64,000 nucleotides of DNA from Schizochytrium sp. TIO01. Taxonomy: Eukaryota; Protista; Bigyra: Labyrinthulomycetes. The stretch covers positions 1,565,859-1,629,858 of the forward strand of contig SMSO01000006.1 in assembly GCA_004764695.1 (NCBI GenBank), given 5' to 3'. How positions within the stretch are numbered: the first letter of the stretch is position 1; the number at the start of each line of letters is the position of its first letter. The notes under the pieces are model-generated. The model worked only from the letters and a program-made list of their open reading frames with translations. It was not told the DNA's origin and did not search any database. The position numbers and the translations under genes are program-made. Shown here piece after piece: positions 34,513 to 46,406 of this stretch.

Positions 34513-35110
34513 ATTTAGAATTCTGTTTTGGCAATCGCATTTAGTGTTGAACGCTCATCTCGAAAGTCTTGATTTATTATTATTATTTTCAATGTTTGCT
34601 TTTTGTTTGTTTGTTTGTTTTCTCATTTTTTACGCAGATGTATCCTTTTAAGAAAAAGATGCTTTAAAAAAAGAAGCGGTACTCCCGTTCAGGATCCCTT
34701 ATATTCCTTGTCCATGTGGTGCCCAAAGCATCATTATGTTTGATACCATCGAGGCAAGTTTTTCCCTTAAAGCCTACATTACTTAATCAGCTACTAGCAG
34801 TTGTTTCTTTCTTTCTTCTTCCCGCATCAGTTCCCGGAAAGTCACATCTGACCTGGAAGCATCTCTATGTAGCCTAATATGCCCACTACTAGATCCCAAC
34901 GGATCTCTTCCGATTTCGAGCGTAGCAGGGTTCTTGAGAGTGTGTACCCCGACGTGTAAGGCATCAACTCTTAAAGCATTTGTTATTTTAATTGCTGGCC
35001 AGGTGCGTGCAAAGCTTCTGCTCCACTTTGCAGGCAAGGTTCTGTGAGCAGTCGTCACAGAGCGTGCATCAACGTACCAGCTTGGGTCGGCTTGGTTTTG
35101 CGCAATTTTC

Positions 35111-36238
35111 ATGATGGATGACAACATTAACCAGGCTAAATCCTGGGGAGAGTTATTGCGCGCGCAGGAGCAAAGCCGAAAAGAGCTTGCATGGAAGCCT
35201 GAACAGCAGGAACCTGTAAAATATGTAACGCGATATGAGGTGTCGCGTAAGGAAAGGGCCTTCGATCCTGTACTTCAAAAGTTTTCGGATCAGACCCATG
35301 AGTCGAACCTACAATCGCAGGAGCATGAAAGCCGTGTCCGCCTCTTGAACCGCCGAAAAGTGCAGGAATTAAATAAGGTTAACCACTATAATGTAATTAA
35401 TCATGAGCCAATCTTGCCTGGAGTTCGTGCTGTTGAGGAGCGCAGAAAGGAGACAATGACAGCAAGCTCAAAGATTAAGAGGCAGCAAAGCCGTACGGGA
35501 TATAACATAATTAGCAATCTGGATCTAGCTGATCATAACTATGTAGCCCCTGAACTTCGTCCTTCCCGTATGCCAGAGAAAACACGTACACAATCTTTTG
35601 CGGACAGGAGGAGCTCGCATCCAGATTTTGATATTATCTCAAACCGGTACAAAACGCATCATGACATTAAAGTGGCCACAGACTTGGAGGCGGAGAAGCG
35701 CCTTGCAGCTCAAAGATTTTGGGAAAAGCGAAACTTTGACCCCATCACATGCAAATTTTATGATCCGAAGAAGGAGGACTTTTTCCATGAGAAGCGCGTA
35801 GAGATTGAACAAGAACATGGCAAGGATTTTTGGAAAAAGCTGCCCAAGACTTTGCGTGAGGCAGAACTACGTAAATATGACATTGTTTCAATGCAGCCTC
35901 GCGGACGTGCAACCTCTAATCAGGGGACATCAAATCAAACAACTGACTCAAATATTCAGGAGTCAAGTGGGTCAGGGTCAAACATTCGGGCGACGATGGA
36001 AAGATCTCAGCAAGAATACGGCGCGATTCGCTCACGACTCGACGATAGAAGGAAAGCTAATCGATGTACTCCAGAACGACACCGACAGATGCATGCTTAT
36101 GAGCACGGTTATGATATTGTGAACACAAAGCCCTTTGTTGGACGACTGGGCATTGCCAAGCCGCTTGTGAGGGGTTCTAGCCGGAAATCACTGTGGAATC
36201 GACTTGAGCAACAGCGCGCAGTAAACCCCAATGTGTAA
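35111..36238 (+). CDS. Hydrophilic hypothetical protein with repeated [YF][ND][IPV][IV] motifs
   Basis: 375-aa ATG ORF containing FDPV, YNVI, YNII, FDII, FDPI, YDIV, YDIV. Confidence 0.75.
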   Translation: MMDDNINQAKSWGELLRAQEQSRKELAWKPEQQEPVKYVTRYEVSRKERAFDPVLQKFSDQTHESNLQSQEHESRVRLLNRRKVQELNKVNHYNVINHEPILPGVRAVEERRKETMTASSKIKRQQSRTGYNIISNLDLADHNYVAPELRPSRMPEKTRTQSFADRRSSHPDFDIISNRYKTHHDIKVATDLEAEKRLAAQRFWEKRNFDPITCKFYDPKKEDFFHEKRVEIEQEHGKDFWKKLPKTLREAELRKYDIVSMQPRGRATSNQGTSNQTTDSNIQESSGSGSNIRATMERSQQEYGAIRSRLDDRRKANRCTPERHRQMHAYEHGYDIVNTKPFVGRLGIAKPLVRGSSRKSLWNRLEQQRAVNPNV

Positions 36239-36935
36239 AGGATTTGGCCATTCACTATTAAATTTGTTGGGCCAGTTGTACTAGTCTTGATAAAGCGAGT
36301 GATGAAAGGTTTATAGAAAGAAACCTATACGGTGCTGTACTCAAACCTAGAGCATGGAACATCAGAACGAGGCTCTACAATGTGGAAATCAGACCACCAT
36401 GCAAATCAACCTTGTTAACTTCACTAGAGGCCTATTTCGTAAAAGACAAACTCAGCACATCAAAACAACCTTTTTAAAGACTGATGGTAGTAAGAGACAA
36501 GAATGTCATAAAAAAACATAGAGTACTGAAGATATACTGAAGCCTGCCGGCCAAGGGTGGCGTGGACTTTGTCGATGTTTTTTTTTTTGTTTGAGTGGAA
36601 GGTATTTGAAAAGAAACAAAGTAGGACTTATAAAGAGAAAAATTAAAAATTAAAAGAAATTCTTTTTTAGGAAAGTTTGCTTTGACTTTTAGGACTTCTT
36701 CGAGGTGGATAGTGCAAATCACCTGCCAAAAGTGGGATTCAGAATGAACCTATACAGCAAGTATCGCACTGCACTTGCTATACGAGTATAATGACTAAGT
36801 ACGAAGATAGAATAACGAGTAAACTCATATTGCGCATAAATTCGAAAGAAACAGAACGGAGGGCAAGAGCAACATTACGGATCTATATTTGGTAATGTAT
36901 TACTTCCAGAATTCTTGCAATTTTTGTATGCTGTT

Positions 36936-39900
36936 CTAAAACTTCACCTGGGTGAGAGCATCGAGCTGCTTTTTAGCAGAATCTTTGCAGTTTGACTGTG
37001 TCTGCGCCAATGCCTCCTTCTTATAAGCTGTGATCTTGTCGACCCACTCCGGAGCCACAGAGATACCTTCAGATGCTGTCCATATTGGGCTATCAGGGCT
37101 TTGTGCCTGAACATACTTCTGAACACCACGAATATATGCCTCCTGGGAGGAGAGAAGCTTTCTAAGTGCTTCTTGACGGCCTTCGGTGGCATCATCAGAC
37201 TTCTTGTTTTTCTTCTTTTTGGGCTTGGGAAACAAATCTCCCAGCAGGCGAATCAGAGTAGTGATCATGACAGCACCATTACAGAGATCCCAAGCACATT
37301 CTCTTGAGGATTGCTTCTCCACCGCTTTTGTGGCTTCCTCAAGCTGAGCGCATGCAATCTCGACTGTGGTTGTGAGGTTCTCGGCAGAGGTATCATTTGA
37401 GAGAGTTGAAAGGGCGAACTTCATTGTTGTCTGTGCGGCTGTCCATGTCAAAGAGGAAGTGAGGTCAAGTCGGCCACAGAGCTCGGTGATGCGTGCTTCC
37501 ATGACTTCAGCGAAGTCCTCCGAGGGCAACGTCCCGCGTGCGACAACGCCAGCCACTTCAGCAAAAGCTGCACGCAGCTCAATCCAGTCACGGGCCCGCT
37601 CCGACCATGCCGTACGGTATGAGCGCGAGGCAGTGCACGCACGAGACTGAGACCATCCGGGCGTGCGTGTAGAGATACTCTTGCGCTCTCGTACAGCAGT
37701 ATGGCCCATAGGGCAGTCCCAGCTGACCTTGGTCGTGAAATCGTAGTTGGGTGCAAGGTTCTCCATGCCCCATGCCTCAACATCAGCCAGGCGTGTGATG
37801 AGAAACGAAAATCGATCGTCTCCTTCCGCGCCCTCTGTCGTCACGGTCTGATGCCTAATGAATTTTCTGGCTTCTTCGGAGGGGAGCTCCATGAATTCAT
37901 TCTCAAGGTTCACCAAAAATCGCTCCGAGACAGCGACTGCTCGTTGATGGGACGTACGCAAGCGACGATCAATAGAGAGGATCTTGTTTACCTCGGGGAA
38001 GTTCTTCTGCGCGAGGGCGTTGACAGCAAAGGCAGCGTTCTCGCGGCGAGATCCAGTCCAAAGATCTTGAATCTGACGGCAGATCTCTATGGCCTCAGAC
38101 ATAAAACCGAAGTGCAACAGAGCGCCTAACAAGAGGTGGCTCAGAGAGTCGTTCTGGATGTACTTAATACTGAGTGTGTTGTATGCCTCGCAAGCGCGAG
38201 GAACAACGCCGAGACGCAGATAAATCTCTAGGAGCACCAGGGTGAGCTGAAATCCATTCGGGCTGTGCTCAAAGGCTGACTCGAGCAGAGCTGCGGCTGT
38301 GAGAAGATGCTGCGTGGCCGCAGCATCGCCACCTTCTGCCCCGCCATCTTCGCGGCGGTTGGCCATGTCAATAAGAGTATGGGCGGCAAGAATTACGAGC
38401 TCGTCTCCAATCTTGACCTCACGTTGTCCACCCTGAGCACCTTCGTCGAGGAACTTGGTCTTTTCATAAACTTCGAGCAGCTCATTGATGAGCTTGAGCG
38501 ACGCAGCTTCGTCTTGGCCTTCCATAGACCCAAGAAATCGTAAGCATTGATAACATGAAAGGCACGTGCGCACAGCAGCCTTGAGCTTAGCCTTGGTCGA
38601 CTCGTCAATGTTTTCGGGATTGCTGACTTGTTCAAGAAGCATCTCTCGCGAGGTCTTAAGACGATCCTGTAAAAAAGATTCAAGCTGAGGCCGAAGTGTG
38701 GCACAGATACCGGTGAAGGTTTCATCATCCCAGCGACGACCCCATGAGGTAGCCTCAATCTCCTCTGGAAGCCGTTGACCGCGTTTCATGTTCATGAACA
38801 CCATGTTCGCAGGTGGAGGAGTCACAACATCAGGCTTGAGGGCGCTAGGTACCATTGGAATAGCGTCGACGAAGGGTAAAAGCGCGTTGCGCAGGTCTCC
38901 AAAGCAGCACGATTTGGAGTCGAAGGCCTCAAAGTATTCCACGATCTTTGCTACAAGCTCCTTTGCGGTGACTTCGTCGCGTTCGCCGCCAAGGTAGGCC
39001 CGGAGATAGACATGAATGGTTGCGAGGAGCGGTCCTCGACGAGGTTTGTTACCGATATCAGGGTTATTAGAGAGTTTGGAAGCTGTTTCCAGGACCTTTC
39101 TGCGGGCATCTTCGCCGGCGCTGAATGCATTTTCAATAGCTCCGCACCAGTTGCGCCAATCTTCGGGATCTTCCTCGGTGACGAGCTGCAAAAAATGATC
39201 GAGTGCTTTCGAGTGTTCTCCTGCAAGTTGACGCAGTTCTGCGAGGAACAGCAAACGATCCCTAGCGGGAGCTCCTCCAAGGTTCTCTTCTTCCACAAAC
39301 TCGGCTGCTTTGGCAGGCTTTCCTTGAAGTGCCACTGCCTGTGCCACGAGTACGCAAAGTCCACGTACAGCTGTTGCTGCCGATGATGGCGATGCTGCTG
39401 CAACGGCATTCGGGTTTGCGTCTTTGTTGATCTTCTCTCGAGCAAGAACCTTTCTCAACATGGCCTCTGCAAAAGCAAACTTTTTGTTAGCTTCCGCGTG
39501 GTTCTCAGCATCGTTTTCCGCAAGCATAAGGCCTTCCCAGAGCATCACTGTGCCGCACCACGCCAGGTAATCCTCAGAGCCCTTTGCTTTAGCCATTCTC
39601 ATTGAAGTTGTTGCTGCTTCTGACAATAGGTTCTCTCGAATGCATGCTTCAAAGTATGCATCCATGTGGTCTACATCGCTGCCGATCGCCTTCGCGAAAA
39701 GTTGTCGCAATTCATTCTCAGCACCAAGTCTTGCAAGTGCCTGCGAGGCGTAATGCACGGTGTCCGACTGCAAATTTTTCTCGTCCGCCATCAAGCTCTG
39801 GACCTCCTCTAATGCCTCCGTTCGCATGCCACGACCCTCCAAAGCGAGAGCTTTAAGCGCACGCGACAGTCCAAATTTCGCAAGGTCCTTTTTATCGAGC

Positions 39901-40007
39901 AGCTTCAAGGCGCTTTTGTAGTCGCGGGTCACGAAGATGGCCTGGTACACGGGCTGCAGTCGCCGCTGCAGCACCTCACGGGCAGCGGCCTCCGCTCGAG
40001 AGCTCAT
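36936..40007 (-). CDS. NAA25: N-terminal acetyltransferase B auxiliary subunit (NAA25/MDM20)
   Basis: N-terminal RRLQPVYQAI..KSALKL..ALKALAL, KSCCFGDL, SPNGFQLTLVLLEIYLRLG, LSIKYIQNDSLSHL; TPR-like helical protein of ~1,020 aa. ATG at 40007. Confidence 0.88.
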   Translation of the reverse strand: MSSRAEAAAREVLQRRLQPVYQAIFVTRDYKSALKLLDKKDLAKFGLSRALKALALEGRGMRTEALEEVQSLMADEKNLQSDTVHYASQALARLGAENELRQLFAKAIGSDVDHMDAYFEACIRENLLSEAATTSMRMAKAKGSEDYLAWCGTVMLWEGLMLAENDAENHAEANKKFAFAEAMLRKVLAREKINKDANPNAVAAASPSSAATAVRGLCVLVAQAVALQGKPAKAAEFVEEENLGGAPARDRLLFLAELRQLAGEHSKALDHFLQLVTEEDPEDWRNWCGAIENAFSAGEDARRKVLETASKLSNNPDIGNKPRRGPLLATIHVYLRAYLGGERDEVTAKELVAKIVEYFEAFDSKSCCFGDLRNALLPFVDAIPMVPSALKPDVVTPPPANMVFMNMKRGQRLPEEIEATSWGRRWDDETFTGICATLRPQLESFLQDRLKTSREMLLEQVSNPENIDESTKAKLKAAVRTCLSCYQCLRFLGSMEGQDEAASLKLINELLEVYEKTKFLDEGAQGGQREVKIGDELVILAAHTLIDMANRREDGGAEGGDAAATQHLLTAAALLESAFEHSPNGFQLTLVLLEIYLRLGVVPRACEAYNTLSIKYIQNDSLSHLLLGALLHFGFMSEAIEICRQIQDLWTGSRRENAAFAVNALAQKNFPEVNKILSIDRRLRTSHQRAVAVSERFLVNLENEFMELPSEEARKFIRHQTVTTEGAEGDDRFSFLITRLADVEAWGMENLAPNYDFTTKVSWDCPMGHTAVRERKSISTRTPGWSQSRACTASRSYRTAWSERARDWIELRAAFAEVAGVVARGTLPSEDFAEVMEARITELCGRLDLTSSLTWTAAQTTMKFALSTLSNDTSAENLTTTVEIACAQLEEATKAVEKQSSRECAWDLCNGAVMITTLIRLLGDLFPKPKKKKNKKSDDATEGRQEALRKLLSSQEAYIRGVQKYVQAQSPDSPIWTASEGISVAPEWVDKITAYKKEALAQTQSNCKDSAKKQLDALTQVKF

Positions 40008-40827
40008 TGTCGGTCGGGGTGAGTGCCTGCCTAGCTGCACGGAGCGGGGCGTGAGGTCGCGTCAGAGTTGGCGCTCGGAGCGATTATGATTTGGCCACGC
40101 AAAGCTCTCTTGACTTCTTCTCTTCTGCTGTATCCGAAGGAGCCTCTGGTGCGTCTACTGCGCTAAGTAAGTGGTAGTAAGTGATCCACGATTATTTTTA
40201 TTTCTATTGTGCAGATTTTGACCTATTGTAAGTACCTCAGGAACAAGTAGAAGTAAAATTGCGCATAAAGTAGACTTTTCTGCATAACTCACTTATGCGG
40301 CTTGGCGGTAGTTGATCTCGCCGGGGCTAAGACGTCTTACTGCTTATTATGAAGGAAATGAACGATTTTCATGGCTTGCATTCGATCATTCATTCCATTG
40401 GAGTCGGAGATGAATTCAAGGCCTCAAAGAACACAGCTTTATTATCTAGGCAATTTGGTGCTTAAAGATGATGTGATATACAACTCACCGAGCTTTTCTA
40501 TATTCGCTTGAGTTGCAAAGATTTGCGATGCCGCTCTTGGAGATTGTATTTCCTCAGCACTAGTACTAACTACTGCTCTACATAATACATAATAGTAAGT
40601 TATGGATGAATAGTAGTACGGATAAGAAATGATGATGCGATTAGTCAGCATCAAAACAAAGATAAACAAGTTCTTAACGGCGGGGCTCATCGCAAGGCGA
40701 GAGATCAGTTGCTGGAACAAAGCACATATCTTAGCGGCAGGACACCAACGTGGTCATCTTACTAAAACTAGGAATATTCTAATTGCAAGAGCACGCAAGG
40801 AGCAACAGACGACTGGACATCTCCAAA

Positions 40828-41628
40828 ATGGCGCCCATGGCTCTTATGAACTTGCTCGTGGTCGCTATGATGTTACATATCTGTGCAAGCCAAAGTCTAG
40901 GTGGCAACACATGTTCAGAAACTTTATCCTTACAGGATGCAAAATGCGGGGCAAACTTTGGGATTACTGAAGAAATAAATCCTGCCCTTCAGCGAAGCTT
41001 ACCAATCGACATGCCAGCACGTTGGAAAGCTCGAGTCCGTATCACACAACATCAGGTTGACCCTGGTCTGGTTTACCCGCCACGGCTCATAGAACTTATG
41101 GTACACATCGATCAAAATCAGCACCAAGCGAGGATTGAGACATTACAAGGTGAGAACCAAGGTCAGGTCTTTTTGAGACACTATGACCCCGAAGAGGGGT
41201 TCGAGTATCGTTTCTACGAGAACCGCTGCGAACGTGCTTTTCTAAACGTGGCATGGCCCAAAGCCCAATGGCCTCAGCAGGTAAAATATTTAGGAAAGAA
41301 TCACTGGGTGGATGCTCAGAAAACCGCTGTGTCACGAGAAGCTGTTGGTGTTGAGCGTGTACACTTCTACAGTGAGCCTGGTGATGGCTTTGTGAGCAAA
41401 TGCGAGGTAGAGTTCGTTCGCGAGGTCCCTGAGATAGGTGAGATTATTGAACCGCTCACCACATATGAACTTCTTGATGTCCGCATTCCCTCCCCAGACA
41501 CGGCACAAGAGTGGGACCTGGGCGTAGATACTCAATTAGCCTCTTTAGGACTCTCTCGGAGTGATTGCTATTTACATGGTTCAGGCTGGCCCTACACCAG
41601 TCTTCTCCATACGTACATTCAAGTTTAA
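40828..41628 (+). CDS. Secreted hypothetical protein (beta-rich)
   Basis: ATG at 40828 followed by the signal-peptide-like MAPMALMNLLVVAMMLHICASQS; 266-codon open frame. Confidence 0.7.
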   Translation: MAPMALMNLLVVAMMLHICASQSLGGNTCSETLSLQDAKCGANFGITEEINPALQRSLPIDMPARWKARVRITQHQVDPGLVYPPRLIELMVHIDQNQHQARIETLQGENQGQVFLRHYDPEEGFEYRFYENRCERAFLNVAWPKAQWPQQVKYLGKNHWVDAQKTAVSREAVGVERVHFYSEPGDGFVSKCEVEFVREVPEIGEIIEPLTTYELLDVRIPSPDTAQEWDLGVDTQLASLGLSRSDCYLHGSGWPYTSLLHTYIQV

Positions 41629-42398
41629 CGTTGCTCATGGTAGGTGAAAGCAAAAAGTACCCAATCTTGCTCTTATTTCATTTCAAGACTATTCACTTCA
41701 AGCTCATTCACACTCTCTCTCATTTTACTCTCATAAATTAAATCCTGTGTATTAAGTTATTATGTGTTGTATCTTTTGTTCCCTGGCATCAAAGGAAGTC
41801 ATCAGCTGTGTTACACATTGGGGGCATGCTGTTGATGTGAAGTTCTATTCTCTGGTTTCTGCAGTATATATAATTTCAGGACGAGCAATCTCTGCAGACT
41901 AAGCAAATCTTTTTTCGAAATCAGAGCACTGATCTCCGTAGTTTAGCTTCTAGACTAGCTTGCTATATCGCTACAAGCTCTTTCTACGTTATCTCATTTC
42001 CTCACAACTTAAAAGGACGATTTCCTGATGCTTCGATTGATAATACTACCATAATTTAACCACCTCTACCCGGACCATAACTGCCCCCTTCGTCTTGATG
42101 CCACCCTCCTTCTACAGCAGTGCAGTATGTTTGTGTGAGGGCGTTTCTCCTCTTCGCTTTGCACTCTTTTCCGCAAATTGAGAGCGCCGCATGCAATTAT
42201 GATAAAGTCCCTTTCAAGTCCTTTTTTCCCCTTGTCATTGGTGCAAACAACTACCTTTGGGCATTATAAGAGTCACATACGCGTGAATAGGACTGAGTAA
42301 ATTGAAAGAAGAGAGAAAGAAAGAAAGATAGCAGAAAGTAGAAAGCAGAAAGCAGAAACCTAACCAACTCCGTCGCGCCGGGGCTGGTTTGGAGTGGG

Positions 42399-45125
42399 AT
42401 GGCGCCAAAGAAGGTACGTTTCTTATTGGGAGTAGGCCTCTGTATATCTGGGTACCTGCTGCTCTGCACTAGACTGCGACATTATGTCCGGAGGTGCCGT
42501 AGACGCTCAGATTGCGGACCTAACCATGACATGCTCGTTCGTTCGTACACATATTAATGTTTTTGGGAGAGACACTAACGAAACACAAGTTGCTTTGGTT
42601 CTTCCTGTGCGGGTCCGTTCTACTCTATCATTTTGAAACAGAGCGCCACGGCGCAGACGAAATCTCCTGCAGAGTTCTTTGCGGAGAACCAAAATATTGC
42701 TGGATTTGACAATGTACGTTTGATTCATTCAGGAGGCTGTGTCTTGTCTTCCTTGTGGCTCGTCATAAGCGAGAGAGCGCTCGCTTCATCCGAATTTGAA
42801 CTCCAACTAACATTTGAAGAGTGTAATGGCTGTGCAGGCAGGAAAATCCCTCTATACTACGATTCGAGAGCTTGTGGAGAACTCTCTTGATGTAAGTCGT
42901 TGGCGTGTGCTGTTGTACAAAGAGGCCAAGAAAGTCAATCGTGTTATGCTCCTGTTTTACTAACTGTCCAGCAATCTTAATGTGTATTTCTTGTGATAAT
43001 CAATAGGCTGCAGAGTCCATTGATGTTCTGCCCAATATTGATTTGACCATGTAAGTGGATATTTGAAGGAGATCAAACCTTGAATAAAATCAAGTCGACT
43101 AACCTCTTTTCCGCCTACCAAACAAATAACTGTTAAAATGCTCATCACGACAGCACGGAGCTTTCGCCCAAATCTTTCGCTCTTCAACGTGGAGTAGACT
43201 ATGGAGATCGTGTTGATGATGGCTTGTACCTTGAAAAGGCGAATAAAAAAAATAACAAGTCCAACAAGAAGAACAATCGAAAAGATGCGGCTGGAGACGG
43301 GGACGACGACATTATACCCTTGGATGACGATCAGGATGGCGCTGGTAACGAAACGAAGGGGGACAAACGTGCTGCTGCGCGTACTGACCAGTATTATCGA
43401 ATCAGTTGCCGTGACAATGGATGTGGAATGGCTCACAATGAAGTCCCAAACATGTTTGGTCGCGTGCTTGCAGGTACAAAGTACAATGTTAAGCAAGCGC
43501 GTGGTAAGTTTGGTCTCGGTGCAAAGATGGCTCTCATTTGGTCTCAAAAATCCACGGCTTTGCCTATTGAAGTCACCACAGGTCATTCCACTGACCCAAA
43601 TGTCCCTCCCAAGTCAATTACATACTGTAAACTTGGTATTGACATTCAGAAAAACGAGCCTAAAACTCAAATACATACCGAGAAGCCAAACACGGAGAGC
43701 TGGCGGGGGTCCATTGTGGAACTAGTCATTCGTGGTAACTGGACGAATTACCGTGGCAAAATCCTTCAATATCTCCAGCAGCTTGCTGTCATTACACCGT
43801 ATGCCGAGTTCAATCTGGACTTTACCAGCGAAATAAATCAGGGCCGCGGATGCAAACGCCAGTATATTCGGCGCTCTAATGAACTGCCGCGGCCGGCTCA
43901 GGAGGTGAACTACCATCCGAAAAGTGTGGACAACATGATTGTGACAAGACTTTTGCACAAGGTGACGGCTAGTATGAAGGTTGAATCTTTTTTGACGAGA
44001 GAGCTTTCAAGCATCAACAAGAAGCTTGCTGGACGCCTTATGGAGGAACTCGTCGGAAGAACAAAGGGGGCTGTAAGCAAGGATATGAATTGTGGACAGC
44101 TAGTAAAGTCAAACCACGTGCAAGATCTTACGCAGCTTCTTCGAGATACGACTCTCTTCAGCCCTCCTGACTCGACCTGTTTAAGTCCTGCCGGTGAATA
44201 CAATCTTTCACTTGGCATCCGTAAGGAGTATGATCCGGAGCTGGTTGCAACAGCCACGTCGAAACCAAGTTCATACAATGGCCACCCATTTATTGTTGAA
44301 GCCGCACTTGCGCTTGGATTGAAGCAGTCAGACAAGGGTGATGCAAAGGCAGGTACGGTAGTATTTCGCTTTGCCAATCGTATTCCCTTGCTTTTCTCTG
44401 GAGGCAGTGATGTGGCTACAATTGTTGCGAACAAGCACATTAAGTGGGCAACTTACCAGATCAACCCTAAGCAGGAACGTGTAGGTGTCTTTGTGAGTAT
44501 TGTGAGTACTAAAATCCCGTTCAAAGGTACCGGCAAAGAATTCATTGGTGTTGATGTAGATGAAATTCGCGAGTCTGTGGTGTCTGCTATTCGTTCATGT
44601 GCCAAGCAGCTCAAGTCCAAGGTTCAAAATCGCAAGGCAGCTGATGAGCGGGCAAACCGGGTCAAACTGCTTGTAAAGCACGTGCCAGATGTGGCGCGAG
44701 CATTGACGAATGTTCTTGATCAGATTCGGAATGGCGCACAGAAACGTGTGGCTGACGCGGGTCCTGAAGGAGAGGCAGCGTTGAAGGTACGCCGTCTAGC
44801 ACTTACTGCAACGGGTATAACTGAGGATCCTTACACGCGAATTTTAGCGTTGGAACGATCTTTGCCACTCGGTCGAAAGCTTGATGATGCTCTTCTTCAG
44901 GAACGGCTGCACCAGGCAATCAAGGATGCTGATCTTGCTCATGCAAACGAAGATGTTAAGCGTCGTGGTCGGGGTGCAGCAAACAACACTAACGTATATC
45001 TCATTCCCGAGCGCCGCCCCGATCATTCTTTTGCGAGTTCTTTGGTTGTGCACCCTCTCATGACTTTGCGACTTTTGGCAAATGCAGAGCGCAAACCTGG
45101 CACGTCAGTAATTACCCTTTCGTAG
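42399..45125 (+). CDS. TOP6B: DNA topoisomerase VI subunit B; 5 exons: 42399-42413, 42642-42713, 42838-42891, 43007-43050, 43154-45125
   Basis: Manual splicing at GT..AG gives MAPKK-SATAQTKSPAEFFAENQNIAGFDN-AGKSLYTTIRELVENSLD-AAESIDVLPNIDLTI-TELSPK..., in frame with the 43224-45125 ORF. That ORF has GHKL motifs DNGCGM and QARGKFGLGAK, and transducer motifs RFANRIPL and PFKGTGKE. Confidence 0.95.
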
Positions 45126-46346
45126 TCACACCTTTGCTACGCGACAAGGGGACCATCAAAGTGGCTATCCAGTAATTAAAATAATAAGAAAATATATTTT
45201 CATTCAATGTAGAGAACTTTGTATGTTTTTCATACTTTGAAACATGTTTAAAGCAAGACCTTCTCAGTGCTCTCAGTATGATGGTTTCAACAGTAGATGA
45301 TACCAAAGTAGATCCAGGGTTTGTCTCCACTTTTTTGTATTCCCAGGGTGCGAGGATATTATAAATCAATATCTTTTATTTAGCTTACTTGATATAGATC
45401 AATATCATTTAACATCTCTTCTGTTTCTTTCCCAGCTTGGCGAACACCTAAGACAGAATAGATGGAGCACCCGAAGCACAGAAACGAATTTTTTGCTAAT
45501 ACTTTCATCTTCATGTGCTTGGCTTCCCAGCACACATTCCGAGAGGCGGTATCCTGAATTGGAGGTCTCCTACTTTCACGTGCTCTCATTTTCCAAAGTC
45601 TCAGAGTTCTCCTATTACCACGTTAATTGGAAGAGTAAAACTTTCGGAGCTTATCGCATCAACGCTGACGAGAGCTGCCTGGCATCCGAATGGTGCATTC
45701 AATTGCTTACATTTCGCAGTCCCTCCATCTCTTCTGCAGTCTACCTCCTGCAAAGGTCCGATTTGTTTTTTTTTGTCCTTCTTCCCATTTCCATCGCAGG
45801 CCACAGCACCACAGCATTCGACTCAAACTCTTCCTATTACCATTTCTCATCAGTGCCTCAAGCTGAATGAGCCTCATAGACAAAAACCCAACCAACAGCA
45901 GCGGGCATCAACAAAAGTTTCTTCGTGCAACTTGAAGGCTCCGGGTACATGCTCATCTCATAAAATAACCTACCTCGTGCTGTACTTAATATGTCCAACC
46001 TGCGAGGGGATCCGTCGGGAGCTCTTCGCACCTGCTTTCGTGGCTCTCGTTTCCTCACGGGACATGGCACTGCTTCGCCAAACTTGCCTCCACCGCTGCC
46101 CAGGATGCCTCTCCGCCGCTTCGTCCCAAGGTAGCCCCGCCGAGACCAACCGTCGTGGAGTTCAACGCCATCAATCCTTGCGAACTTGTGGCACTCAAAG
46201 GTGTCACCTTCTTCGTCTACTACCTAGAAAACGGATACCTGCCACAATCAGCCCTGACAAGTTCTGCTCGCGACCAGGCCTGCCTCTTGGCCGAGCCTCG
46301 CGAGTCTGCAGGTGCACGGCCTCGCCATCGCAGCGCTCGCGAGAAC

Positions 46347-46406
46347 GACTTCGACTTCGACTTCAACTTTGACTTCGACTTTGACTTCGACTTTGACTTC
46401 GACTTT
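46347..46406. repeat. (GACTTY)10 hexamer microsatellite
   Basis: Ten copies of GACTTC/GACTTT, one of them the variant AACTTT. Confidence 0.85.
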
